This document shows, piece after piece, positions 1-12,110 of a stretch of DNA of 64,000 nucleotides; the first letter of the stretch is position 1; the number at the start of each line of letters is the position of its first letter. Origin of the DNA: Rhodosorus marinus CCMP1338. Taxonomy: Eukaryota; Plantae; Rhodophyta. The position numbers and the translations under genes are program-made. The notes beneath the pieces were generated by a model that ran no database searches, was not told where the DNA came from, and worked only from the letters and a program-made list of their open reading frames with translations. The stretch spans positions 2,852,001 through 2,916,000 of the forward strand of contig JAMWBK010000004.1 in assembly GCA_029953675.1 (NCBI GenBank). Direction: 5' to 3'.

Positions 1-1
1 T

Positions 2-691
2 GGCCTGTTCGACGCGTACCATCGTCTCGGAGAGCCACAGTACGCTTTGGCGACCTTGGAGATGATGGAGGAAAATGGTAATGATATCACCGCTGGAATG
101 ATATCGGTTGTAGTTGGGTCTTACTGTCGTAGAGGGAAATGCTCAATTGCGCTGAAGTGGCTCAGTCTGCTTTTGCAGAACACGATTCTTCCAAGCTCCA
201 AGGCTTTTGCGTATATTGCCAACGGCTACTTTTCTGTGCTGGATGAGAAGAGCTCTGCGACTGCCGTATCCTTAATGGCAAAGTATTCAATTCCCTGGCA
301 CCCGAGACAACGTAGAGCTCTGTATCGAGCTAGACAGAGGGATGACAGCTTCCTCAGCGGCTGGGACGTGCCATTCGTGAATGCTGGGGATGATATTAAG
401 GAGGATACGCTTTGCGGAAGCGATTTTACACAAACGTTTATGGTCCAAGACGTGAGAGCACAATCAGACGGCAGCTCGCTAGATGAGGCGCAGAGAGAAG
501 CTCTGAGTGAGCTGGAAACCGCAGAGGACATTGATATGAGTCAGAACCTGATTCTTTCCAAACTTACTGATATGGTGCTTCAGGCCAAAGACTCAATGGC
601 AAGCGGCGGTCGCAACAGGTTGTTCCCGAGACCGGTTTCGAATTCGGACATTCTCGAGACCATTCGTGAGTTTGAAGAGCTCAGTGCATAG
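2..691 (+). CDS. Pentatricopeptide-repeat (PPR)-like protein, 3' part (5' end outside the window)
   Basis: The frame is open from position 2: GLFDAYHRLGEPQYALATLEMMEENGNDITAGMISVVVGSYCRRGKCSIALKWL..., with PPR-like ~35-aa helical motifs. It has an acidic C-terminal region and stops at TAG 689-691. Confidence 0.6.
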   Translation, partial: GLFDAYHRLGEPQYALATLEMMEENGNDITAGMISVVVGSYCRRGKCSIALKWLSLLLQNTILPSSKAFAYIANGYFSVLDEKSSATAVSLMAKYSIPWHPRQRRALYRARQRDDSFLSGWDVPFVNAGDDIKEDTLCGSDFTQTFMVQDVRAQSDGSSLDEAQREALSELETAEDIDMSQNLILSKLTDMVLQAKDSMASGGRNRLFPRPVSNSDILETIREFEELSA

Positions 692-1310
692 TAGGAATTC
701 TATGAGGGGAGAACCGTAGATGTTGGTCGACACTAGTCCGGACTGCGGTCACCCTCGAGCATGGCGCACACTAACGCTAACGTACAATAACTATTATTAA
801 GTAAGAGTAGTTTTTCCTTTTCTGAAGAGATCCTGTCAAGAGCCCATGACTCTCGCAATATTCAACGGTCTGGATGCCTAAGACTTGATCGTTCACCTCA
901 GTACACGGTGTTCTGCTTCCGCATAAGATTTATTGAGCAGCCGAAAGAACTCCTTCCAAGGTTCTTTGGCAATCTACATCAATGCCTGAAGCCCCTGAGT
1001 ACACTAACGCACTGGCACTCAAATTGATCTACAGCTGCTTGCCATCTTCAGCCACAGCCTGAACAGAACCTGGCAACCGGGCTCGGAGAAACAGCTGGCT
1101 TTGCGCAGGGATCCGTCGTCAGAGGACGACCGATGGATTTAATCTTAGGATAATGAAAGCTATCTATCTGTGCCAGCCGTATTTCCTCAGGAGGTAACTT
1201 TGCCTATATTCTACACTGTTAGTACGTTGGATTCATGGAGCCCACATCCCATCGTTTGCGCGTTAAATAACGGAACAGGTCAGGGAGTAATAAGCAACCT
1301 CCACAACGAC

Positions 1311-3026
1311 CTATCTCGTTGATGACACAATAACCCTTTTCAGGGATCTCAAGTTGTCCTCTGCGCGTAAAGAGAAACCAAAAGTCCTCCTTAGCATGGC
1401 GAAGGACACGAAATGTTTCTCTGCGTCTAAAACTTACTCAGCATGCACTCGGTGTTAACAGTGTTTAAGTTACCCTGAAGGACAATCGTTCTCAAGGATG
1501 GGAGGTTGCCCTGAGCGAGAGCACTCACCCCAGTCTCGCTTATCAAGCTTCCTCGCAGTGATAGGTAACGGAGTCGAGAAAGTTGTCCATTGGCTATTGC
1601 GAACGCCCCTTTGTCTGCTACTTTGCAATTGTCAAGTCGGAGCTCAGTGAGTGACTTCAATCCTTCTCCGGAAGCCAGTGAATACCCCTCAACCATACGG
1701 TTTCCACACAGATTTATGCACTCCAGAGTTTTGGACTCTGCCAGTACTCTACAGCCCTTCTCCGTTATCGAGCAATGCCGCAAGTCCAGCGAAACAAGCT
1801 TCGACGAGGGTAAGAAACTAACGCCATCGTCTCCTAAGCGATTCCAGCTCAGTTGCAATGTACGCAACCTTTGCGCCATTGAGCAGAACTCCGAAAGGAC
1901 CGTCGCCGACCGAGTACTGAAACGATTCTTAATCAAAGCCAGTTCCGCGAGGTTTGGAACGTTCTCTACGCGCAGTTCTGAAAGTCCTTGGTCTCCGAAC
2001 TCACACCTCTCTAAGACTAGCTTTCGCAATCTCGGAAATCTTAAAGTCGAAAGCGCGAGCATTCCATCGTCACGAAGAGGGCACAAGCTAAGCGTTAGAG
2101 CATCCAGCCCCTCGATAAGCCGCAGATTTCTATTTTGCCTGTCTTCTTCCATGCAGAGTGAGCTCTCAAACAGCACGTCAGCAACTTCCAGGGTGGGCAA
2201 AGGGGAGAGACGTGGGAAGAAAGTCCAGGTATGTTTGAGAAATCTTCTGTAGAAGCGAAACGAGAGCGTAAAAGCCGAGCCTCACCTGGTCCCTCTACAT
2301 CGCAGCTACCTACAACAAGCTCCTGTAGTCTCCCAGAAGGCTGACTAGCAAGAGCCCTGGCTCCGCTTTCCCCCAGGGTACCATACCACAACTCCAGAAC
2401 CTCAAGTTTATGGACGAGATTATGAGCGATCCACGTGACTTCATCGCCACTTACGAATAAAAGTCGAAGTGCACGGAGGTGTTCATTGCCAGCTAGTGCC
2501 TCCCAAACTGACTGTCTCCCTCCATCCTCCACCATTTCAAAAGCAGATAGTGCAATGCATACGTTGACCATCAAGGACATCTCATGTCTCATAGCTTCTC
2601 TGAGGCCCTGACGGACTCCATCAACCCGAATCGCAATTGCTTTCCATCTGATTTTGCTGGAAGTCTGCAGATACCTTTTTACACTAAGCCTAAACCGTTG
2701 TGAAAGTAGACCTTTCGTCCAGCCAGCAACGTGGGAAAGAGGTCCCGAGGTGAGGAGAAAAAGTCAGCAAGCTGAAGTGAATCTGGACAGGCACCGCGGA
2801 GCGTAAGCAGAGCAAATTAATCTGCTAAACAATCAGAAAGCCTCAAACTAGATAAACGCCACCGAAAAAAAGGGAAGGAACGAAGAAAGAACAGATACTC
2901 ACCAATGGAATGGAAAAGTTCGAAATCGCTCAGGTGATCGTAAATACTATCCAAGACCTCATCAGGAACATTCGCAAGAGGAAACACATCCTGAAAGTTT
3001 TCTCCTCTGTTTCTGATAATCTTCAT
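1311..3026 (-). CDS. F-box / leucine-rich-repeat (RNI-like) protein, spliced
   Basis: F-box-like motif FPLANVPDEVLDSIYDHLSDFELFHSIG near 2980-2905, followed by a GTGAGT donor. ORFs 2095-2592 and 1427-2200 carry repeated LxxLxLxxC/NxIxDxG motifs. The last intron (GTAAGT at ~1436 ... GCTAAG ... GCAG) leads to a terminal exon ending TAG at 1311. The start is uncertain. Confidence 0.75.
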
Positions 3027-3399
3027 TACCCAGCTGTCCCACCCATCACCCAAACAAGTTGTCAGTCCCCCGCCACTAACATTCTCCCGAGTCAGCTCAT
3101 CCACACGCTTTAAAGGAGAAGCAGAAGCCGACCTCAATGACAATCTAATTCTAAGATCGTTTAGAATAATTATGAACCTAATGCGGGCAATTCTACAGAT
3201 AAAAATTACTCTATTAAAGTTTTTTAGAACGCCCTACCAAGACACGCTGCAAATTATTTTTTATTTTAAAATAAATACGTCATTTTCTCTACTTAAGATT
3301 TTTTTACAACTCGACGTTACCAAATGGTGAGCAATCAATAAATTTCTACGTAAATATTGTATAAGGTAAATATGTGGGATTTTGATGGGCCACGTCTGA

Positions 3400-3560
3400 A
3401 TAGACAGCTGTCCCGTTTCTGTACAATACCCCATGGCTCAGAATCTTCCGGAAGCTGAGTCACGATGTGTATGTGGGTCTTGACTTCCTCATGGAGCACG
3501 GATTCAACCTCGACACGAATGTGGGAAAGCCACAGTTAGTAAAACATCCACGGCGACAAC
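3400..3560 (+). mobile_element. Degenerate retropepsin (LTR-retrotransposon protease) fragment
   Basis: IDSCPVSVQY.../KLSHDVYVGLDFLMEHGFNLDT resembles the C-terminal (D-x-I/L-L-G-x-D-F-L) half of Ty3/Gypsy proteases. It needs a frameshift, and no catalytic DSG/DTG was seen. Confidence 0.35.
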
Positions 3561-5159
3561 TCGGAGCGATCACGCCGGGACGAGGAACCAGACGAGGCGC
3601 AGGCATCCTTGGGCGAGCAGGAGTTCGGCCGTGCACTCGAAAAAGTGTATCCGAAAGTGTTTCGGGATGCAACTCCACTAACCCCCGGTAGAAAGGGATA
3701 AGGTGCCGGAGCCGGCGCCGTTGCGTCCGCTGTCAATCGAATCCCCAGTGCGTATTTATCCCTTTCTGCGGGGGGTAGTGGAGTTGCATCCCTAACCGCT
3801 TTTTCGGATACTCCTTTTCGAGTGCACGACTCCTGCTCGCCGACGGATGCCTGTCTGGGGGTGCCGTGGGTGCCGTCTTTGACGGTCACCCTGATGAGTC
3901 GTCTGTAGTCAATGCAGAGTCTCCGACCGCCATCATTGTTTTATCGGAGATGGTTTCTTAGTACAAAAGGTTGGTGCACGACTTTAGAGTTTGCAGCTTC
4001 CTTTCCTACCACATCCCGTTCACTTGGAGGTCGATCAACGGATTTGATGTTGTTCGTTCGTTCAACCAGGCATTCCGAGATATTTGAGGACTACGTGTTG
4101 GCTTTAATGTTGTTATGTTCGCTCCACCTGTGGTGGTTTTCATACCCAGGGCACTTCAGCATACGAGAACTTGATGGTAGCTGGAAGTTCCCACAGTTTT
4201 GAGAGCACTTTGAGGCGAAGAGGATTAAAACTCAGATGCGAAACCTTTCACTCCCGTTGCGATAACATAACATAGGCACAGCCTTCTGGTTGTCCAATCC
4301 ACCAACGTTCCAATCCGGTAGCCAAGGAACGGTTCCCGCCAAGGACACACACACCTTCCTATCGTCAACAAAACCAACCAACCACACAGACCATCTGTAC
4401 GAACGTTCCAGACAGCCTCAAAATAGCTTCTTTCCACAACTTAAAACAGTTCAGTATAAAGCGGGATGGCTAGTCCAAAGGTGAATTCAATCCTACCCTA
4501 ATAAGGACAATCAAAATTGAATATTGCGGTATGATCCAACTGTCAGCAGTGACACATTGTCATCGGCCGCTCACAACTCCAGTCAAACAACGTCCGATGA
4601 AGAAAAACAATAGTCGCCGATCAAAAAGAGCCCAAAAAAGAAAAAAACCGTCCAAAAAAAACCGAATTCAGGTTCCATATATCCCTTTCACTTGACAACC
4701 AAATAATCAATTAAACCAATCATATGTTCTTGTTCATTTCATGGATGGCTTAAAAGGACTCTTGTCACTCTTTCATTGGATTAGCATTTTTATAAACTTC
4801 TCATTGGTTAAGTGCATATTAATACCTCCAAAATATTATCATGATACATTATAAATATACACGAATATGAAGAATATGTTCATATTGGTGTTTGTTTGTC
4901 CAGCTCTGAATGGATGTTGTTTTTTTTTTAATATGGTTTTGATTTATTTTTGGTGTGGGGGAGGGAGGGGAGGTGTGGGGAAGGCCCTTCGCTCTGCGAC
5001 GATGCCATGGCGGAAGGGGACCAGGAGGGGTTTTGGGCATTGAGGAGGAGACCTTGTCTTGTTTGTCTGGATTTTTGAAGTGTGGGAAAGGAGGTCAGTT
5101 TTCGATCCCGTTTATTTTAAACTATTGGAAAACTTGATTTGTTTGGACTACTGAGAGTG

Positions 5160-7564
5160 ATGGGCCGTGGACTATGTTTGTTCCTGGCTGTAAGTCTGGG
5201 TCTCGGGCTGTGTTTGGGATGCACGACTGGTGTGATTGGAAGACTCGCCACCACTGACGGGGTCACTTATGTGTTTGGTACATCTGATACTGAAAATGGG
5301 GACTTTAGGGCTGCTGTGGTACATGGGAAGAAGCACAAGGCTGGTTCGACAAGGCCTATTTATCCGCTGAAGCAGGTTTATCCGCATCTGGTCTCTGGAG
5401 ATCGAAGTTTCACGTGGTCCAAGGAGAATCTAGAGGATCTCCCTCAGAAAGAGCTTTGGAAGCGTACGGATCCAATCTTCTCAATCCCACAAGTGAACGA
5501 AACTTATTCCTTGATTGAGACCGGAGGCGGCTATGGTCTTGTAAACGAGTTCGGAGTTGCAATTGGCGAGTCAACCTGTGGGGCTAGGTTCGTACAGAAG
5601 CCTATTTTTGACGGAGGGTACGCTTCTTTTGAGATTGGTGAACTGTCTCAGATCGCGCTGGAGCGGACGAAAACAGCACGAGAGGCCATCAAGCTGATGG
5701 GTAAAGTGCCCAGAGCTCATTTCAGGTTTCGAATTCTTTTTGCTGAAATATTTGACATCTTGGGCTTCCGTTCACAGGCTTACTTGCTGAAAGACATGGC
5801 TACTACGGCGCATTCTACAACGACCCAGCGCTGCAACATGACGAGGCGGGAGAGGCTCTGACGGTTGCTGATGGAAAGGAAGCATGGATTTTCCACATCA
5901 CGGCGGATGACACCGGAAAGGTACTGGGATCTCCGCGCAATCTATGCAGTTGGGAAAGGGGACTAAAAAACTCTTCTGTATGCTTCCCTTTCGGGATACC
6001 CAGTCTGCCGTTTGGTGTGCTCAGAGGGTTCCTGACGATTCCTTCTCAATTGTGGCAAATCGCTTCGTTATCCGTGAAGTTGTTGAAGACTCAGATGACT
6101 TCTTATACTCATCAAACATCTTCGAGATTGCAAGAAGACAAGGGCTTTGGCGGAAAGGTCAGAAGCTAGACTTCGTAAAGGTATGGAGGACTCAACCCAG
6201 AGGCGCCAGGGCCAGGATAGTTGAGGCGGTTAACCTGAGACCATACATTTTATCGCTTCAGGTCTACGGCCCTCTCAATGACGACTTAATTAAATACTCT
6301 ACGGATCGTGTATGGAGAGCTGCTCAGCTGTGGAATCCATCAAGGGGAGAACCACGTGAGAATAGGCAAAACTATCCTACGAATTTTCATGCGGATCGGC
6401 CGATCTCCTTGGAAGACGTTATTGCTCTCCTGAGGGATCACTACGAAGGGTCGGAAATCGATCTGACGAAGGGGATCGAGTCAGGACCGTTTGGTGATCC
6501 AGATCGCTACGACAAGTTCCCAGTGGATGGATTAACTAAGGGCGATCTCAAAGAACATAGCTTCCTTAGGGCTATCTCCATGTTTCGATCGATCTATTAC
6601 CACATACAAAGGAGCGACGCAAGCCTGCCCAAGGAGGTAACTACTCTCGAACAACCGGTCATCCGTCAACAGAACGGCTCAGCAGGGCCTTCGCTCTTGT
6701 CTTTCCAATTGCCAGGTTAACGGGAGAGTACTTATAGGGTTCCATGAACCATCTGAGAGTATTGCTGTTCCCGTGTACGTATGCAGTAAGACACTCCCAA
6801 AGCACGTTGTGGCTGGTTCTATGTTCAGCTATGACGACACGAGCTTGTACTGGGCGGCAACTCTCCTGGGGAACTGGGTGCACAAGGCCTACGTACACAT
6901 CCATCCATTTTTGATGCCCTTGATTAAGAACTTCGAAACGAACATGTACAACGAAATGGTAAGCTCGGCGAAACAACTGCTGCTGAAATCACTTCGTCAG
7001 GAGATGGCTGTGATTTCGTATTGACGAAAAATCGACCCATGCTTCTCTCACCGCAGGACAAGGTTGAGGAGGAAGCTGTAGTACTGGTCAAGGCTGGAAA
7101 GAAGGACGAAGCGATCAAATTGTTGGAGGAGAAGCAGCTAGAGTGGTCAAATGACACCCGTGAATTCCTCCGTACCACGTTCTATCAGATAGTATCGAAA
7201 TTCCATGATGGTCTCGTTTACGTAAGTTGTGCGGGCAGGTTCCAAGCGATCCACAACTATGAGACTCACAAGCCCTCTTTGTGACTGTCTCTAGGGAAAC
7301 CCGGCGGGAGAAAGCGTAACAGTACACTCGCTTTTCTATCCTAAGGAATGGCTCGAATCGATTGGATTTTTCTCCCAGCGCTTCCGGATTGTTGAGAACT
7401 CCAAAATCCGTTCCCTGGGAGCAGGCAATGGATCGCTGAACGCCAATCCTACTACTACAGGAGTGTCGCTGATCACTGTTGTTTCAATGATATGCACCGT
7501 TGTCCTGGCCTTCAAGCTATTTTACTCAAGGAAACATAGTTCCTATCTACCCATAGGAAACTAG
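5160..7564 (+). CDS. Peptidase family C69 (secernin/dipeptidase-like Ntn hydrolase) with signal peptide and C-terminal TM helix, ~6 introns
   Basis: A hydrophobic signal peptide is followed directly by CTT (Ntn nucleophile position). Family motifs: NEFGVAIGEST, ELSQIALERTKTAREAI, SAVWCAQRVPD, ANRFVI, RDHYEG, GPFGDPDRY, RAISMFRS, FHDG. The terminal exon ends ...VVLAFKLFYSRKHSSYLPIGN*. Confidence 0.85.
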
Positions 7565-8721
7565 CCGGGCGAAAAGCAGCAGGAGAACGCTCCCTTTTGG
7601 ATGACAGTAGACAATGAAGAGCTCAACCGGCACTGGCATACAGAGCACTCACTGAAACCCCTGATGATAAATAACACAATCTATTGCGAGGGTCCAGAAT
7701 CGAAGAACAAGAAACCCAAGAACTTACTTCTCAAAGAAACCAGCCTCGTCTGGATGCTTCAAACACCCCCAACACCACCAAAACGAGCTGTTCCTGTGAA
7801 AGTTCAAGGCCAGTCCATGAGCGGGCTACTTTTTCATCTACAAGTTTAGTTGCGACCCCGCCATTTGACTAGTTGCAAACAGCACCTTATTGCCCAGGTT
7901 ACATAGGCTCCTTCTTTTCTTCCTGTGAAAGAATGAAAGCTTCTAGTCCGTGTTTGTTTCCTACAACCATGTCCATCACAGAGCACAATAGGAAGTTGTC
8001 GGCCAACCCCCCCATCGACATACACCCTGAAACAAAGAAAACCGTTTACTTGATTCGAATCCTGTCCCAACCGCGTCCCAAAACCGTCCCGGTAAATACT
8101 ATAAATTATAACACAAATACAATATACTTCTTTACCTATTGTCCAATGAAACTCTATACAGAAACCAAGAGACTACTTGAACCATTCTTATTGGACAAAA
8201 AAATACTGTTCAATCATTATTGAAACAACTTTTCAGAAAATATTCCTTGAAAATACTATCCTTCTAATTAATACAAAACAAATACAATACTGATCCAATA
8301 GAGCAAAACCGCGTCGATGCGAAGCGTTTTGATTCGATTAAACTATTGAATAAAATCATTATGAAACATATTTTGTTAAAGAATATTCAAGGAAAGTGGA
8401 AAAGTTTTGTATGCAATGATATTTGATCTGTTCCATGAGGTGAGGGCAATGTGAGCCATAGGATTGGGGATGGAGAACGATGAGGGAGTGCTTCTGGAGA
8501 GATGTACCTCTTTTCCTGTTTGGTTTGCTATTGCAGAAGTGTTTTGGTAAGCTTTTAGAGACCGTTCTGGAAAGAGGGTAGGACGCTCTATAGTACCATT
8601 CTGTTGTTGATGTCCCTACTTTGGAAGGAGGACTTTCACCCGGATGGATTTGGGTTCAGATTGAGGGTTTGGGATGTAGGTTGTAAGATTGTATTGGGGT
8701 AGGGAGGGCTTTGTTGGGAGG

Positions 8722-10279
8722 ATGGGTTTTGTTGAGCCCTTGTCGTTGTTGTCAAGTCGGCGAGGAGTTTCATGTTGTGCGAGGGAAGAAGGGCTCGGGA
8801 GGGTTTTTGAGATTGAAGGAAGAAAAGGTAACGGAGGTGATGGGCCCCTACCCACGGGAATGGGGAATTTGGACTCTCGTGCTAAGAATTTTAAAAGCGA
8901 CGAACGCTCCCGGGAGGGTGAACAGCAACAGCACAATGTCAAGTTGCTGTTTAAGGAATTTAGGAGCAGTGGTAAGCTTAGGTATCCCAAGGACGCTACC
9001 AAGCTTCTTGGTCCTGGTCGATGCGGTTCAGCTTTTATGAAAGCGCTGTTGAAGGAGATGAAAGAGGACGGAATGCTTGGAAAAGTTTTACCTCTGTACA
9101 ACTCGATGATACATGCACTAGGAGTCGAGGGTTATCCCAACGAAATGTGGAGTGTTTTCGAGGAAATGCAACGTGGGGGAATAAAACCTGACATAGTCAC
9201 TTACAATTCACTAATGAAAGGCTTCGCGAAGGCCGGAGATCTGACCAAAGTGAGGCTCGTGTTCAAGGAAGTATCACGGAAGGGATTAACTAAAACCGCA
9301 GTCACTAATGCGACTATGATAGACGCCTTTGTACGAAATGGAGACGTCTTTAACGCGGAAGCGTTGCTGGAAAAGCTGAAAGCTTCAGAATTCGAACTCA
9401 ATGCAATCGCTTGGGCTAGTATAATGCACGCCTACAGTCAAATGGTGCGAACAAGAGGATTTCAGCAACCATATCAATGTATCCATTTTCTAACCACTGG
9501 TGTTTCATCGTTTTCATGTCCAGGGCGATCTTGAGAGAGTTGAAGAGTTGCTGCGTGACATGCAGAAGCAAGGACATCAGCCAACTAGTATAACCTATTC
9601 AATATTTATGAATGCTCTGCTCAAAGCTGGGCGCACACATCGTACTGTTCAAGTTCTTCAAGAGGACATGGCTCGATCAGGAATTCCAATAACAGCGGAT
9701 AACTACAATGTGTTGCTTCATCAGTGTGCTAAAAGGCGAGATCTTAAGTCTGCCCTCAAACTGTACAGTACAATGGAGAGCAACCGAGTTGCTCCTGATC
9801 TTGTGACGTTGAACATCATGGTGAACGTTGCTGGTAAGGCCGGTAACGTTGATGTTGCAAGGAGTTTCCTCAATGAGTCAATACACAGAGGGTTTAAGAA
9901 CAACGTCGTGGGATACCGAACGATGCTCGCAAGCTACGGCAGAGCGAGAAAGTATGAGGAAGAGATGCGACTTCTTGAGGAAATTCAAGCTGAAGGCATA
10001 GAGTTGGATCTGAAGATGATGACCAGCATTATTCAGACGAAGATCGAGACGGGGAGACTGGATGAGGCCATCGAGACTTTTGGCACTTTGGACTCCTTAG
10101 GAATCAAAGCGGATGCATTCTTGGCGAACAAAATACTCCACGCGCTGCAGAGGGATGGCTCGGAGTCGTCAATTAGGAAGGGGGTTGAGCTGTGCTCGCA
10201 GTTGGAAACTCAGCGGCTGCCCATGAACAACCATACGAATGAACTCGCCAAACTGCTTCGCAAACTACTCAGCAATTAG
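8722..10279 (+). CDS. PPR protein, probably plastid-targeted, one intron (~9445-9520)
   Basis: N-terminus MGFVEPLSLLSSRRGVSCC. Many canonical PPR motifs (YNSMIHALG, PDIVTYNSLMKGFAKAGD, PTSITYSIFMNALLKAG, PDLVTLNIMVNVAGKAG). Confidence 0.9.
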
Positions 10280-10639
10280 GAAACGCCCTGTGCGAGCGTT
10301 CATACGCCTGACAAAGATGAAGTGATTTGTGTCCACCTGTTGTATGTTTTGTTTGGGCATCTCCTAGCTCCAACTGTTCTCACAGCTGGATGAAACGTCT
10401 GTCGGGAGAATGTCATTGGGGTCAACCGCATCATAGCTCCTTGAAATGTGTATAGTAGTTTGTATAGGAAGTTCCTCAGTATGTTTTTAGCTTTAAAATA
10501 GAAACCCGTTTCTGTTTCTGTACTTTTTTTAATTCACTGTGCTTAAAAAAATCTAATCGGAGCTTTGTTCATTAGATGTACTGGAGTGTTCCTTCAAATT
10601 TCTACGTGAACATTTGCTGGGTACTCCCCCAATTCAGAT

Positions 10640-11026
10640 CTAATACTCTTGAGATGCGTCTTTGGCCTCCTTCTTCTTCGGTGTGAGGACGGAGTGGATG
10701 TTCGGCAGCACACCTCCCGCTGCGATGGTGACACCACTGAGAAGCTTGTTCAACTCTTCGTCGTTTCTAACCGCTAGCTGAATATGACGGGGGATGATCC
10801 TAGTCTTCTTGTTGTCCCTCGCCGCATTGCCAGCTAATTCAAGAACTTCAGCAGTAAGGTACTCCAACACCGCAGCAAGATAAACAGGAGCTCCAGCTCC
10901 TACTCGATCAGCGTATCCGCCCTTTCGCAAATGTCTATGAATTCTTCCAACCGGAAACTGCAGTCCAGCCTTCTTCGTACGCGAAACTGCGCTCTTCTTC
11001 GTCTTTCCATCAGCCTTCGGTGCCAT
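10640..11026 (-). CDS. H2AX: Histone H2A.X (intron-less, C-terminal SQEY)
   Basis: [62 protein letters not shown]; ends SQEY*. Confidence 0.97.
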   Translation of the reverse strand: MAPKADGKTKKSAVSRTKKAGLQFPVGRIHRHLRKGGYADRVGAGAPVYLAAVLEYLTAEVLELAGNAARDNKKTRIIPRHIQLAVRNDEELNKLLSGVTIAAGGVLPNIHSVLTPKKKEAKDASQEY

Positions 11027-11686
11027 TTTTTCTCGTAATTAATATAAACAACAAAAACACTATAAAACTCCTCGAAACAAACAAAAAAACCCTCCACTTT
11101 CACTCTTTTCAAAGCGAAGCTTCCCACATTTCCCCAGCTCCATCACCTCCCCGACCATATTTATACTATCGATCCCATAACATCATCCCATTTCCAAAAA
11201 TATAGAATAATATAAATTAATTCAGAATTTCTTTCGATCTTCTGGCGACAATTTCCCTGAAAGCCAATCATATTAATGATCAACTTGCTGTCGCCAAAAA
11301 ATACTCCCCACTTTATCATGATTGAATCCCACGAATTTTGCATCAAGCGGAGCAATAAATGATTGACGTTCCAATGATTCATTTGACAGGCTGTCTCTGG
11401 GTGCTCTGGGGCTGTTGTGGTTGGCTCGCTCTGGCACTATCGACAAGCTCTCGTGGCTTGCGATTGGGTTGCATCTAGGATCGGATGTTGATGGAAAAGG
11501 GTTCTGTCACTGTAGATGCCGATAGAAGAGGTGCCTCTCATCGCTCCTGATGTAATTTCTAAATAAGTTCCCCCCATATCCCTGCGAGTCCTGCAACCCC
11601 TGCAGATGAATGCTTGTGGGTCAAGAAAAAATATTGGGCTTTAATCTTGGAGTAGCTCTCTCGTTTCATGGATATCTCCCGACTAA

Positions 11687-12110
11687 CTACCTCTCTTCTG
11701 GTGGAGAGTCACGCGCTCGCCTTGAGATGAAGTAGATAACGGCACATAGTGCCCCCACCACGGCTACGGTCAGCATGAAGAACCGAACGGCGTTCTCGTC
11801 AATGGTATTGACCATGGTACATGCACCGCTCACTGCCCGCCTGCTTTCTTCGTTGCCCACCCGAGAAGGTCCTACAGTGGTTTCGAATGCAGGTTTCAAA
11901 TAGTCATATCGATCGATGTGCCTTCGTGCTTAGCCATTGGGCATCTTGGCGGAGGGGCACAGTTCTCCGGCGAAACCGTACTCTCATCTTGATGAATGCT
12001 GAGCTGAGCCAAGAAGCCACAAATGAGGCCCCCAGTGCCTCAGGTCGTGCTACACTACTTTCGTTGGGTACGGGACTGGCAGTAGGAACTGGCTGTAGGA
12101 ACTCCAATGG
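11687..12110 (-). CDS. Possible small spliced membrane protein of unknown function
   Basis: Two adjacent short ORFs. The last has a TM-like segment (FFMLTVAVVGALCAVIYFI) followed by basic residues. Splice phase could not be reconciled by eye. Confidence 0.25.
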
